Source: Glycera tridactyla (lineage: Eukaryota). Taken from it: a DNA stretch of 64,000 nt. The notes under the pieces were generated by a model, which saw nothing but the letters and a program-made list of their open reading frames with translations, was not told where the DNA came from and made no database searches. This document shows, one piece after another, positions 49,896-60,925 of this stretch (the first letter of the stretch is position 1; the number at the start of each line of letters is the position of its first letter). The stretch covers positions 11,284,001 to 11,348,000 of the forward strand of contig OZ286472.1 in assembly GCA_965644265.1 (NCBI GenBank). The letters are read 5' to 3'. The translations under genes and the position numbers were made by a program.

Positions 49896-50496
49896 AGATT
49901 GAGATTGAGTAACTTTTATTTTTCAACACAACGGGTGTACAACGGTACATTACATACAGATAGCAAAGTACAACCGTAGTGGTTAAGTTCAATAATGATT
50001 ATGCATTGTAACGTGTATATTATGGTGAATCAACACTGCATGGGCAATAAAATATGAGATAGTTGGGAGCGGCAATCCGGGTGGGCAGTAACATCCTACT
50101 CAGTCTGGTACCAGGGAGAAGTAATTTATTAGATAGGAGTCAGAGTGTTAGAACCGTTATTCCATGGTGTGGTTTTTGATTGATTCGGAGATTTTTTAAT
50201 CAAAGGTGTTTCATATAGAGAGGATGTTAGTTGCCCAGCCGGATATCTGCTGTTCAATAGATGATCTTCTATGGCTATGTTAGAGTAATGTAATATATGT
50301 TCTGTTGCATATGGGTACAAACATGTGTAATAGTTAAATTTGCAACACAATACATACGCCATGGGTGCAAATTACCTAGTTATTTGATGTTAGTATATCT
50401 GAGGTCAAAAATTTGTGTTAGCAGCTTTGGATTGCAATGTTTTGATCAAGATCCAGGGACCGTGTTGGCTGAAAGAAGATCTTCAACCAGCAATAT

Positions 50497-53428
50497 TCAT
50501 GTCCTCTCTTTGATCCATTCCATGATATGCCCTTTGAAAGTAGATTTAGTCAGATATAGCTTCTGCCTGATTTCAGGAGGAATTTTGATCCAGACTTTTG
50601 GGCCTTGGAAGGAAAACGCCTTTTGACCAAGATTTGTCCTAGTTCTTGGAAGAACCAATAACGAATCAGTTGCACCCCTGGTTTCATGCATGTGAATATC
50701 TCTGGTTTGGTCAAGCAAATCAGATAGATATAGTGGGGATACCCCCTTGAGACAACTTTGGACCTGTAGTATCAGATGCATTTCCCTTCTCTCGTCTAGC
50801 CGGAGTAGATCCAGTCTCTGGTGCATGACATCTGTGCCCGCCCATCTGTTTTCTAGAAGAATAGTTCTGCAAGCTTTGTTCTGGATCAGTTGCAAAGAAT
50901 ATGACTCCTTTGACCCAATGGATGCATATACTGTGTCACAATAGTCAAGTAGCGGGATCGTCAGGCTATTATACAGTTGTAGTGCAGTGGATATAGACAA
51001 GAATTGCCTGACCCTGGACAATAGATACAGACGTTGGCTGGCTTTGGAGATGACACAGTCTATATGGCAGGCAAAAGTCAAACTAGGGTCGAGAGTAACT
51101 CCTAGGTATTTAAATTCATTAGTAGGACTGATCAATGAGCTGTCCATTGTTAGCTCCAGTGGAGATGAGTTGGATAGATTATGTTTACTGCCAAATAGCA
51201 TGGATTTGGTTTTCCGAACATTGAGGAAAAGCTTGTTTGTTTTGAGCCACCTCTCTATCTCCACTAGATCCGCCTGTAGCTTGCGTGTTATTTCGTCTTT
51301 CTCTCTGCCTGAGCAATACAAAGCTGTGTCATCTGCGTAGAGAATACATTTTGAATACAAAAGAACTGAGTCAATGTCATTGATGTAAATAATGAAGAGC
51401 AGAGGGCCGAGCGTAGATCCCTGGGGAACCCCACAGGTGACCTGGAGTTGGTTGCTAAGAGATCCATTGATGCTTGTTCTCTGAGTTCTACCAGTCAGGT
51501 AAGATTCAAACCAGGACAGTTCTATGCCTTCGATACCATATTTCTTCAGTTTGGATATAAGTCTGAAATGGTCAACGGTATCGAAGGCTTTTTTGAAGTC
51601 TAAGAATACCATAGCTGTAAGATTACCTCTATCCATCTGAGTGAAGATTTCATTGGTAACGTAGAGAAGAGAGCTTTCCGTTGAGTGGGCCTTGCGGAAA
51701 CCAGATTGTGCTTTGTTAAACAAGGCATGTAGTGTGAAAAAGTCATACACTTGACTATGAACAACTTTTTCAATCAGTTTAGAAGTGAAAGGAAGAATCG
51801 ATATCGGCCTATAATTTGAGGGATCATCTCGCTGCCCATCTTTGTAGATTGGGGTCACCTGTGAGGTTTTCCATGCATTGGGAAAAGTGCCTGTATTCAT
51901 ACTTCTGGTGAGAAATTCAAGCATTAGATGAGAGATTACTTGGTGAGAATCACGTATATGTCTAGAATAGATACCGGGGATCCCAGTCGGTTTGCCTTGG
52001 GGAAGGGCAGATAGGAAATCAGAGACAAATTGAAGTTCAGGTAATTTGAATCTAAATTGCTCAGGTGGGGACTGAATTTCTGGTTCACTGGCAAGTCCTT
52101 CCCCAGTTATGTCCTTACAAAGGTTTGGACCAACACTGGTGATGTAACTGTTGTACGAATTTGCCATTCCCATTGGGTCTGTGTAACCAGCTAGTTCCGA
52201 AATATGAACAGAATTTTTCCGCATAGACAATAATTCTCTAAAGACTTTCCATGTCTTCTTCGAATCACCCTTGGATTCTTCAATTTTGTGTTTGTAGTAG
52301 GACTTCTTCAATGACAGCGCCATTGCATTTTCCTCATTTCTGATCCTATTGGACGCAGCAATATGATCTGGGATCCCTGACCTACGAGCAATTTTTCGAG
52401 CATCAGTGAAGGCATGAATAAGTGCAATATATTCTTCTGTTAACCAAGGAACATTTTCTAGCCTGATGTTCATAACTTTGTAGGGTGATACCTCATCACA
52501 AACATGCAGATAGATGGTCAGGAAATTGTCAAAGTCATTGGAAATGTCGTCGGTGAACTGAAAGTTGTCAAATTCAGCATTAAGCCTTGAGCAGAAGACT
52601 TCTTTTGAGTATGATCTGAAACATCTAGCGTTGATTTTTGTTTTTTCTTTCGAGATTTTGCAATGCTTTCGCGAGGTGAGGACCATGTCATGGTCACTAA
52701 GTCCTGTATCCAAGACCAGAGATCTGTTATACATCTCTACCCTATTTACCATTATTATGTCAAGTAGTGTAGTAGCTGTAAGTGAAAGTCTCGTTGGTCT
52801 GTCGATCAATTGAGTGAGCGTTTGCGTTTTCAAAGAGCTTTAGACTCTTGCGTGGGGCCAGATTCTTCAAGTAGTCAATGTTGCAATCTCCTAGTGATAC
52901 AATGTCTTTAGTTGGGATATTGTCCAGAAAGTTTATCTTCTGACTCAGTTCATATAGTCCTTCGTCAACGTCAGCGTCTGGGGGTCGGTATATATTGAAT
53001 ACAAATGTTTTCCTTGCTCTTTCAAGCTCCAGAGACAATGCTAAACTTTCAATATTCTTGGTGCATGTTGATAGATCTGGGCAGTGCATCACCTTCAAAT
53101 TTGACTTGCAATAGCACATGAGACCACCTCCTCTCTTTGGTGGCTGGAGATTTCTATCTTGCCTATGGGTCAAATACCCATTTATTTGCAGCTCAAAATC
53201 CCTAATTTTTGGTGTTAGCCAGGTCTCAGAGAGCGTGAGAGTGTGGATATTGAGATCCTTGATCACATGTTTCAGATTATCAATCTTGGGTTTGAGACTG
53301 CACATATTCTGATGGGCTAGCTTAAGGCCAGGAAGATTCTTAACGTTGTTTAAGGTGGAGTATAATGAATTCTCAGGTGCAACTGGGCCAGGATTTCTCT
53401 CAATATCACCACATAGTAATAACATCAT
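50497..53428 (-). pseudogene. LINE-B ORF2 (2A-APE-RT) split by one frameshift at ~52827-52830
   Basis: The 222-aa frame has HQNMCSL, LSETWL, IYRPP, GDCN. The 778-aa frame has LDIIMVN, SDH, NYRPISILP, QSGFRKAHST, FLDFKKAFDTVDH, GVPQGSTLGPLLF, YADD. Removing one A from sense TTTGAAAACG joins KLFE to TQTLTQLIDRPTR. Confidence 0.92.
53384..53428 (-). other. 2A / StopGo ribosome-skipping peptide MMLLLCGDIERNPG/P
   Basis: Exact match to the D(V/I)ExNPGP consensus with hydrophobic leader, directly N-terminal to the APE domain. This is the known position of 2A in APE-type non-LTR elements. Confidence 0.85.
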
Positions 53429-53703
53429 AAGCTTCCAATGAAAGGGAGTAGATCTGCAATCGGTAGCATGAGCTGATGCTGGTCCTGTTGGAGTCTCATA
53501 GGCACAGCAATGTTGCTGTCTTCCAAATATAGTTCAATGAGGAAAACTGCTAATGAGCAAGATGAATCAAGTTCATCAGGATTTGAGTGGGTGTTTTGAA
53601 TCATTTTTACAAGTAACATGCAGGTACAACAATCATGAGAACAGTTCACTTCTTTTCTGGAAAACATAGTATTGTAATTCAGTAAGTAAGAAATTAAGAA
53701 CAT
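53425..53703 (-). CDS. 92-aa upstream ORF of LINE-B whose TGA overlaps the ORF2 ATG (ATGA); no recognisable domain
   Basis: True ATG at 53703. Sense TTA TGA overlaps ATG ATG at 53425-53428. Coding status is unproven. Confidence 0.3.
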   Translation of the reverse strand: MFLISYLLNYNTMFSRKEVNCSHDCCTCMLLVKMIQNTHSNPDELDSSCSLAVFLIELYLEDSNIAVPMRLQQDQHQLMLPIADLLPFIGSL

Positions 53704-54035
53704 AACAGCACTAGTTTGTCACCCATGTAAAACTCTTTATTGAATATCCTAGCCAAAAGCCTTTACGACACTTGTTGGTAGTTGTAGCTATGTATCTTGT
53801 GTTTCGTTGTATTTAATACAAGACATATTTATGGAAAAAACATCAGTGAAACTATAATAGCAATAAAGTACAGATCTCTGGTTAAAAATTGTCAGTATAA
53901 TGTTATTTGGTGAATATACTCAGTGTTGATCTCAGTCGAGACCACACGCCACCGCCAAGGTTGGGTACTGATGATCAATGATATAGGAATTTCCAGGGTG
54001 GCTAAGTGTATAGGCATAGTCAAGTAACACTCGTG

Positions 54036-54170
54036 TCAGTATTTGGTTGGCAAAATACTGATCCTGAAGATAGCTGGACAACAGACATGCAAAGATCGAG
54101 ACAGTATTTGGTTGGCAAAATACTGATACTGAATTTAGCTGGGCAAGAGACGTACAAAGATCATAATATT
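54036..54170. repeat. Two tandem ~65-bp units, each starting with a palindromic hairpin
   Basis: CAGTATTTGGTTGGCAAAATACTGAT is identical at 54037 and 54102. Confidence 0.85.
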
Positions 54171-54267
54171 TGCTTTCTGTGGTTGGACCAGAGTTGCGCT
54201 GATGTTGAAATTACCTGTCAAGTCGGAGTAGGACTGAGAAATAACGTAGTAGGATAATACTGAACTT

Positions 54268-54610
54268 GTTTGTTCGTTTGTGCATTTGTTCATTCATTTA
54301 TTCATTCATTTCTTTGTTGATTGATTCATCCAGTCACTTATTCATTCAATCAGGTGGACACTCACTCANNNNNNNNNNNNNNNNNNNNNNNNNNNNNNNN
54401 NNNNNNNNNNNNNNNNNNNNNNNNNNNNNNNNNNNNNNNNNNNNNNNNNNNNNNNNNNNNNNNNNNNNNNNNNNNNNNNNNNNNNNNNNNNNNNNNNNNN
54501 NNNNNNNNNNNNNNNNNNNNNNNNNNNNNNNNNNNNNNNNNNNNNNNNNNNNNNNNNNTTCATTCATTCTGTTCTCTATCCATTCTTCTATTCACTCACT
54601 CAGTCACTCC
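54268..54610. repeat. Degenerate (TTCA)n tract spanning an N-gap
   Basis: Direct inspection. Confidence 0.85.
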
Positions 54611-55084
54611 CCCCCCCCCTCCATTCTCCCCATCGTCTCAATTCATTACTTGATTCCCCACACTTATCTTTATCCATTATTATCAATAGAATCACCATAA
54701 TTAGCATTTCTGCCCTGGATACAACTTTCAAGAAGGAGAACAATTCCACATGAGCTGTAACACTTCAATAATATGACAATGAAAATAAGCATAACTGAAA
54801 GAGAAAGTGAAGATCAAATATGGAGAACGTGGACATGTGACAGGATCACACCCCATGTGGTGTTTGTGATGGGACCTACCTTCCAAATACGTGGGTGCAG
54901 CTTCTTGTCCAGTGATGAGAAGAGGATGAGCAACATCTGCAACAAAACAAACAAGAAATGTCTTCAAAAACACTCTCCACACCATCAGATTAGCCACTAC
55001 ACTGGGTCAATTTTTGAAGAAAGAAACCATTGATCATTGCTCTCCAAAAGAAATGAGGGAATATGGAAAGATTTTCCACTACTA

Positions 55085-55166
55085 CAGTGATACCTATGAT
55101 GAGAGATCACCATGGATGTCACCAAAAAGTGGTCTCCCGAAAGAGGTGGTTTCTCCTACAAGAGGT
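55085..55166. mobile_element. MITE family B, one-ended fragment
   Basis: TA-CAGTGATACCT...CACCAAAAAGTGGTCTCCCGAAAGAGGTGG, similar to 26905 onward. Confidence 0.6.
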
Positions 55167-55347
55167 ACACAAGTTGCAATGCAGTGTGATATGCGGGTGA
55201 TTCACTTCCAAATGCATCAAGCAGAGACATCATATGCATGTTTTGCACAGCCATCTCAGGCACCATGCGTATATCAAGTTCACACACTTCTTAGAGGGGC
55301 ATTGTCTTCAATTCTGGATTGACTAGCAAAGGCATGTGGATGGAGTT

Positions 55348-55500
55348 GGACAGGGTTCAAGATTCTTTCATCCTTGGCTGTGTCTCCTTTCTTTGGGGGT
55401 CCCAGACTTAAAGTGATGACCTGTTCAACTTTGCCTCGCCTGGTCCTGCTGGTCATTGTGCCAGATGAGTTTGGTATCATCTTTACTTATGATTGATCCT
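55348..55500 (-). repeat. Unclassified dispersed repeat, homologous to 18090-18290
   Basis: See partner feature. Confidence 0.7.
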
Positions 55501-56220
55501 CATTTTTGGTTGTGTCAGGGTTCAAGTATTTTGGTGTGAATCCTCATCCTCAACTGCCCCCTTGTCTTTGCCCATTGCCAACAAGTCCTCTGGCGTGGAC
55601 TCTCTTCTTTTTAATGAATGAAAATGCGGAAGCATTGCCATGGCTGGCTTCTGGGTGACCTAAACAAATCATGATGTGATGTAAACAACCTGTGACGTCA
55701 CAGAGGTGGCATTGATGGCATCTATGATGTCACAGATCACAGCTTTATTGAGATTTTGTAGAAATGTCTCGCTTCATGAGGGGAGGGGGGGGGGAGGGCG
55801 GGGCTCTGGCCTTGACTCACCTGACTTCAACCGCCACAGGGCTTTCCTATCGAATTCACTATATGCATTCAACACAGAGTGCTATACTGAGACCACATAA
55901 TAGGCTCCGCATAAATCTCTGAACAAGAATGAAGAAGGAAACCTGGACAAAAACACTGAAAAGCCGATACTAGTGGAGTTGTTAGCTTGGGAAGTAGGCA
56001 GTGAGTAATTGGGGATAAGGTTCCATGACAGACAAATTGACACCAACAAAAATGAAGACAAATTGCAATAGAAAAATGACAATATGCTCGTTTTGTGGAT
56101 CAACCACCTCAGCAACTACTGAGATATAGTTGGGCCAATCATCAGTGAAATGGTGGCTTGTCAGCCAGAAATCTTGATTTGATAATTTGCTGACAACCAG
56201 CCAAATTTTTCAGCTTCCTG

Positions 56221-56420
56221 GAATCGAACCTGTCGTGAGCAGGCACTCAATGGAAATGGAAAAATGGCTGCTTAGGACAAGTGGCTGCTTAGGACAGGTG
56301 ATTTTGACATGGGATGGGGGCTGAAAAGAGTTGCTCAAGACAGGTGCATGCATGGGACAGATGAATTTGAGTGAAAATACTTAGGGGGAATTTTTATTCG
56401 AGTGGCTGCTTAGGACTACT
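56221..56420. mobile_element. MITE family C (GTGGCTGCTTAGGACAGG motif), diverged
   Basis: ATCGAACCTGTC start and three TGGCTGCTTAGGAC motifs. Confidence 0.55.
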
Positions 56421-57239
56421 GGCAGCCTGGTAAAAGCTCCCTTTATAGCAGACTTGGCAATATCATTTTTTTTTTCAATTATAGAATATGATAATGCCGG
56501 ATCTGTAATTGGTTTCAGAATTCTATCTGGTCCTGCCCAGCAAATATTCTTTGAAGGATATGATAAAATGGGTCAATATGAGCAATTCTGATACACAGAG
56601 CAGTCTCTGGGGCTCACTTCATATATGAGCAGTCAAAATAGCTCTTTCGGAAATTATTTTGGATCAGACTGACAAAATGTTCTCATTCAGTTGGCTCCTT
56701 ACACAAAACTTTTGGGTACAGCTCATAATACTTGAGAAAATCCCATTTTAAGACAATAGCTGCTTGAAGAGTTCATTCTTTTCTGATGAAGTGAATTACA
56801 ACATGAATAACTACTACACTTATGGTAATTTTATGTGTATTATTGGAAGGGTGTGAAGGGTAATCAGAGTCAGCAAATAACAAAGATGAATTCTTGGTTG
56901 AAGAATACATTTATGTGGCTAGGTATGATGACAGTTTTGCATTGGGGGAAAATTGATTTTGATCATAAGGAGAGAAAATTTAGTCTTATGATGTGTAAGT
57001 TGAAATGTCAGCTGACCTATGATCTAGATGATCTAGAGTTGTCATGGCAGACGCACTCCTACGTCAACTTTGATTGAATTGAACACACAAGAATCTCCTC
57101 TGATGAGCTGCACTACCCGACAAAAGTGCGACCCACACCATCACATGTTGCGACTTCCAACAAGTTATGGATGGAATGCCTCAGGCAAAGAAATCCCTGA
57201 TAAATATGACCATGATGTGCTAAAGGTGTGCGCTAAAGG

Positions 57240-57252
57240 TGTGTGTGTATTT

Positions 57253-57315
<63 letters not shown>

Positions 57316-57325
57316 GTGTGTGTAC
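57240..57325. repeat. (TG)n microsatellite running into an N-gap
   Basis: Direct inspection. Confidence 0.95.
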
Positions 57326-58539
57326 NNNNNNNNNNNNNNNNNNNNNNNNNNNNNNNNNNNNNNNNNNNNNNNNNNNNNNNNNNNNNNNNNNNNNNNNNNN
57401 NNNNNNNNNNNNNNNNNNNNNNNNNNNNNNNNNNNNNNNNNNNNNNNNNNNNNNNNNNNNNNNNNNNNNNNNNNNNNNNNNNNNNNNNNNNNNNNNNNNN
57501 NNNNNNNNNNNNNNNNNNNNNNNNNNNNNNNNNNNNNNNNNNNNNNNNNNGCTATATAGAGATTTGGCTAAAACCTACGAAAAAGTCTGCCAGTCTTGAA
57601 AATGGTAACTTATTTTCTGTACAGCACACCTTCCTCTCAGCTCTTTCTTCAGTCCTTATGTCAAGTTTCTGATAAATTCATGAAATAAATACAAAAACCA
57701 ATATGACATCCAGAATCCTTAATAGAGAACCCAATATGAAACACAGCAATAGCTTGAGTGATTGGTAATTTCCTTACTCATTATATAGTTTCAAGCAACT
57801 AATTTCCCAATTTTAAAAGTAATAACAATAATGACCTAGATGAAGCACTTATTTAAAGATGCCATGGGAGAGGAATCCATCATGTCTAGCCAGCCAGCCC
57901 AGCAGGTGCAGGCAAATTACACCAATTGATCTCTCCGTAGTGACCCAGTGCCTTCAGCTGGCAAAGAAGTTACTGAAATATAATTGCATTCCAGAAAGAT
58001 ATTGAGATCTGATGATGGCCAAGCTTGTGGCTTCACAGTGTGGGAGTCCGATGAGTGATTCACTTCTTCAACGTTGTCTTGTGATAGCTTCGGTCAAATT
58101 ATAGCACAATATGAAAGTCTGGAAAACAGGAGAGAAATTGTTTCTTGAGAATTCCGAAACAATCATATGATAGAATTTTTGACAAAACTCAGAAAGTGCG
58201 ATCACCATTGAGCATAATGAATGGGGACATGTGACTTCACGTTCATGTGAGCCATCACGATTCCTTACTACATAAAAATGTCTTCAAAATAGCCGGATGA
58301 AAGATGCCCGGGGTCGAGGAGACCAGGGTTTGTCTCAGTATCAGCACAGCATTGCCGTGATACCAAATACAAAGTAGGTGCATTTCTCAAGGTCGTGTAG
58401 GAGTTTTTTGACCAACCTATCCATGTCCACAGGAGACACATTCCAAGGTGCATGGGCATTTACCTCCAAACACCCCTTCTTTGTCAGTTTTGGCAGGCAG
58501 ATACATTTAAACTATCAAGAATACAAACTTTGAAAAATG

Positions 58540-58703
58540 TGTTTGAAACATTTTGGGAATGTTCTAGACCCCCTGATGAGATACCACCTTATGGCAGTGT
58601 TTCTATTTGGCATAGTCGAATATACCTCCGATGAGAGACCACCTCTTATGACATACCACGTTTGGGTGACAGTCTGGACAGTATCTTATTGCAGGTTTGA
58701 CTG
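58540..58703. mobile_element. MITE family B, diverged; left end eroded
   Basis: TATTTGGCATAGTCGAATATACCTCC, GAGACCACCTC, and right end GCAGGTTTGACTG-TA. Confidence 0.75.
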
Positions 58704-58959
58704 TATTTGTACAAAAAAAAGCCATATGTCCATTTCCATAGTTACTGTACATTATTCGCTGGTCTCCAGTAATTGCAATATTAGTCAATGTAGATGCAAT
58801 TATTATCTCATCAGAGCGGGGTTGGTGATTTAATGGTGTAGCAAGCTCATTGTATGTATCACTAGTAGGATTATCATACAGAGAATGATGTGAGTATGCT
58901 AAAGCCTGTCAAGTTGTTGTGGTGGGTATGTTACCGCCCTAGCATCGCAAATACGCATC

Positions 58960-59315
58960 AGATTTAAATGAGACTCAATGACAGACTTCATCTCTCTCTC
59001 TGGTGACTAGAAATGTAATCTCATAGAGGTTCCCTTGTACATTTCACCAAATATGTTGACTTCACGCTGTTTCACGGCGAGTGCCACAGCCATACCTTCA
59101 CTGTTCTACATATAAATATTCGCTGATAATGCCAGCGGATTCGTCAAAAAAAAAAATGCAATGAAATGATGGTGTATCCCTATCAAAAGCATGCAGATTA
59201 CCTGAAACCAGTTACAATGATCGCCGAAAGATCTATACATTCCATTTGTGTCATTAAAACTTAAATTGGATGTGAATTGGCAAATTCAGTGTCTGAAACG
59301 TACCCACCACATTTG
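58960..59315 (+). repeat. Unclassified dispersed repeat, homologous to 16405-16740
   Basis: Same shared blocks, same orientation. Confidence 0.75.
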
Positions 59316-60196
59316 GATTTGACAAGGTTTAGTGTGCAATCAGACAGAATTCCCAACAGGAGACCACCAGTTTTCTTGGAAGCTCAGTCCCTTCCAACAG
59401 TTAAATGTCCCTTTGATGAGACCGCCTTCAATGAGATAACGCATGTTTTGTAGAACCACTCTTTGTTATCGTCCAGCTAGGTGAAAAATGTGTCAATACT
59501 GAATGAAATGCCGCTGATCATGAAACCCAAATTCAACTTAAAGTGACATTTAATTCTTCCAGATACAAAAATACATAGATATTTCGACCATTTGGTGGGT
59601 ATAAGAATTATTGTGAAGATTGTGCTTTGAATATGCAGCTATCATAAAAAGTTTTTATCACAAAAGGTTTTATAAATAATTGAAGTGGACTGAAATTGCA
59701 GGTCATACATAATAGCTGAATACCAGCCCTCCGTCACTGATTGGTTGACTAAATCTTGCTTTGTACCACTTGCAAACTGTCATATTGTCAGCTATTATGC
59801 TGATAGAAGTCTTGCCTATTACACCCTAACCAGAACTGCGTATATACAATGAGCAATTTTCAATTAGGTTGAGATTGATGTTCAAATTGTTTTCTTCAGC
59901 ACTCCATCAGAAGCAAGTCAATCAAACAGATGTGACAGATAATTGGTATAAGGATATATGAGGCTTCAGCAACTTGACTCCTGTTTACACTACCCACTGT
60001 TTAAAATCACATATGTAGCATGATACCATTGGTTGTTTCACTATAAGAGTAATGTTCCACCCATATCTAGGCTCTGTCTTATTAGGATAGACATTAAAGA
60101 TCCACCAGAGTATGACACTCTCATCCCTGATAGCATTGCCGTTACAAGTGGGTGAGAAGAAGAGGAAAGTTTGAGCTTGAGTTTGAGTTTGAGATA

Positions 60197-60374
60197 CAGT
60201 CGAACCTGTCTATAAAGACCGCTTTCGGTCGCATCAAAAAGCGGTCTTTATGGGCAGGTGGTCTTTATAGAGAGGTCATTTACTGTTGAAAATACTACCA
60301 CGGTCACAGCTCAGGGTGGTCTTTATAAAGAGGTGGTCTTTATAGAGAGGTGGTCTTTAGAGCAGGTTCGACTG
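60197..60374. mobile_element. MITE family A (pogo/Tc1-mariner type), complete
   Basis: TA-CAGTCGAACCTG ... CAGGTTCGACTG-TA, with internal GGTGGTCTTTATAGAGA repeats. Confidence 0.9.
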
Positions 60375-60842
60375 TACTTTTATTTTCTTTCACGGATTAC
60401 ATTCATATACGATAAGCAGTACATGATATTCAATACAACCGTGAATGAATTCACTGCATCAATGCCTATGTAAATAAATCCCAATCTAGGTGGGTGCTTG
60501 ATGAAACCAGAATTGACACATTAAATCAAAGCATGCTCGCCATGACATGTTTTGTCAAACCAGTGACTCTGTTAGCATTTCTGCCGTACTTTGATCAGCT
60601 ATTTTTTGTTTATTGGTATGATCAGTTATGAACAGGAGAATCACTTCCTGTATGTTGTGTCAACTCTGCCTCCATCTTTGTCAATGTTACTACATTTGAT
60701 ATTCACAATCTTCGAAATATGGATATTATCTAGTATTAATCCACGCCTTGACATGTGCAGTAAAAGCCCCTCTCAATAGGTTTTGGAGCCACTTCAGGTC
60801 AGCCGAAGACAGGGAAGAAAGCCAGAGATGGGGAGAGAGATT

Positions 60843-60843
<1 letters not shown>

Positions 60844-60920
<77 letters not shown>
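60844..60920. repeat. (GA)n microsatellite
   Basis: Direct inspection. Confidence 0.95.

Positions 60921-60925
<5 letters not shown>

Larger units (their letters stand above)
49893..53703 (-). mobile_element. Non-LTR retrotransposon LINE-B (CR1/L2 group) with 2A peptide; 5' boundary uncertain
   Basis: APE-RT coding region at 50497-53428 and a ~580-nt 3'UTR. The 3' end on the sense strand is AATAAAAGTT-ACTCAATCTCAATCTCAA (short-repeat tail). The 5' end is drawn at the upstream ATG and may extend to ~54200. Confidence 0.92.

Noticed and set aside
50075-50244. Type II hammerhead inside the LINE-B 3'UTR stem (CTGAGTA / TTGAAGA next to the stem)
   Set aside because: GAAA does not directly follow the partner strand and neither copy has a complete core. 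Kept only as a conserved stem.
54036-54170. CRISPR array
   Set aside because: Only two repeats, the spacers are homologous to each other, no cas genes, and the context is eukaryotic.
18542-57550. ORFs running through X residues
   Set aside because: They are artefacts of nine N-blocks (18542-18687, 18925-19163, 21848-22035, 22907-23065, 28977-29132, 37527-37674, 42297-42456, 54369-54558, 57326-57550), several flanked by simple repeats.
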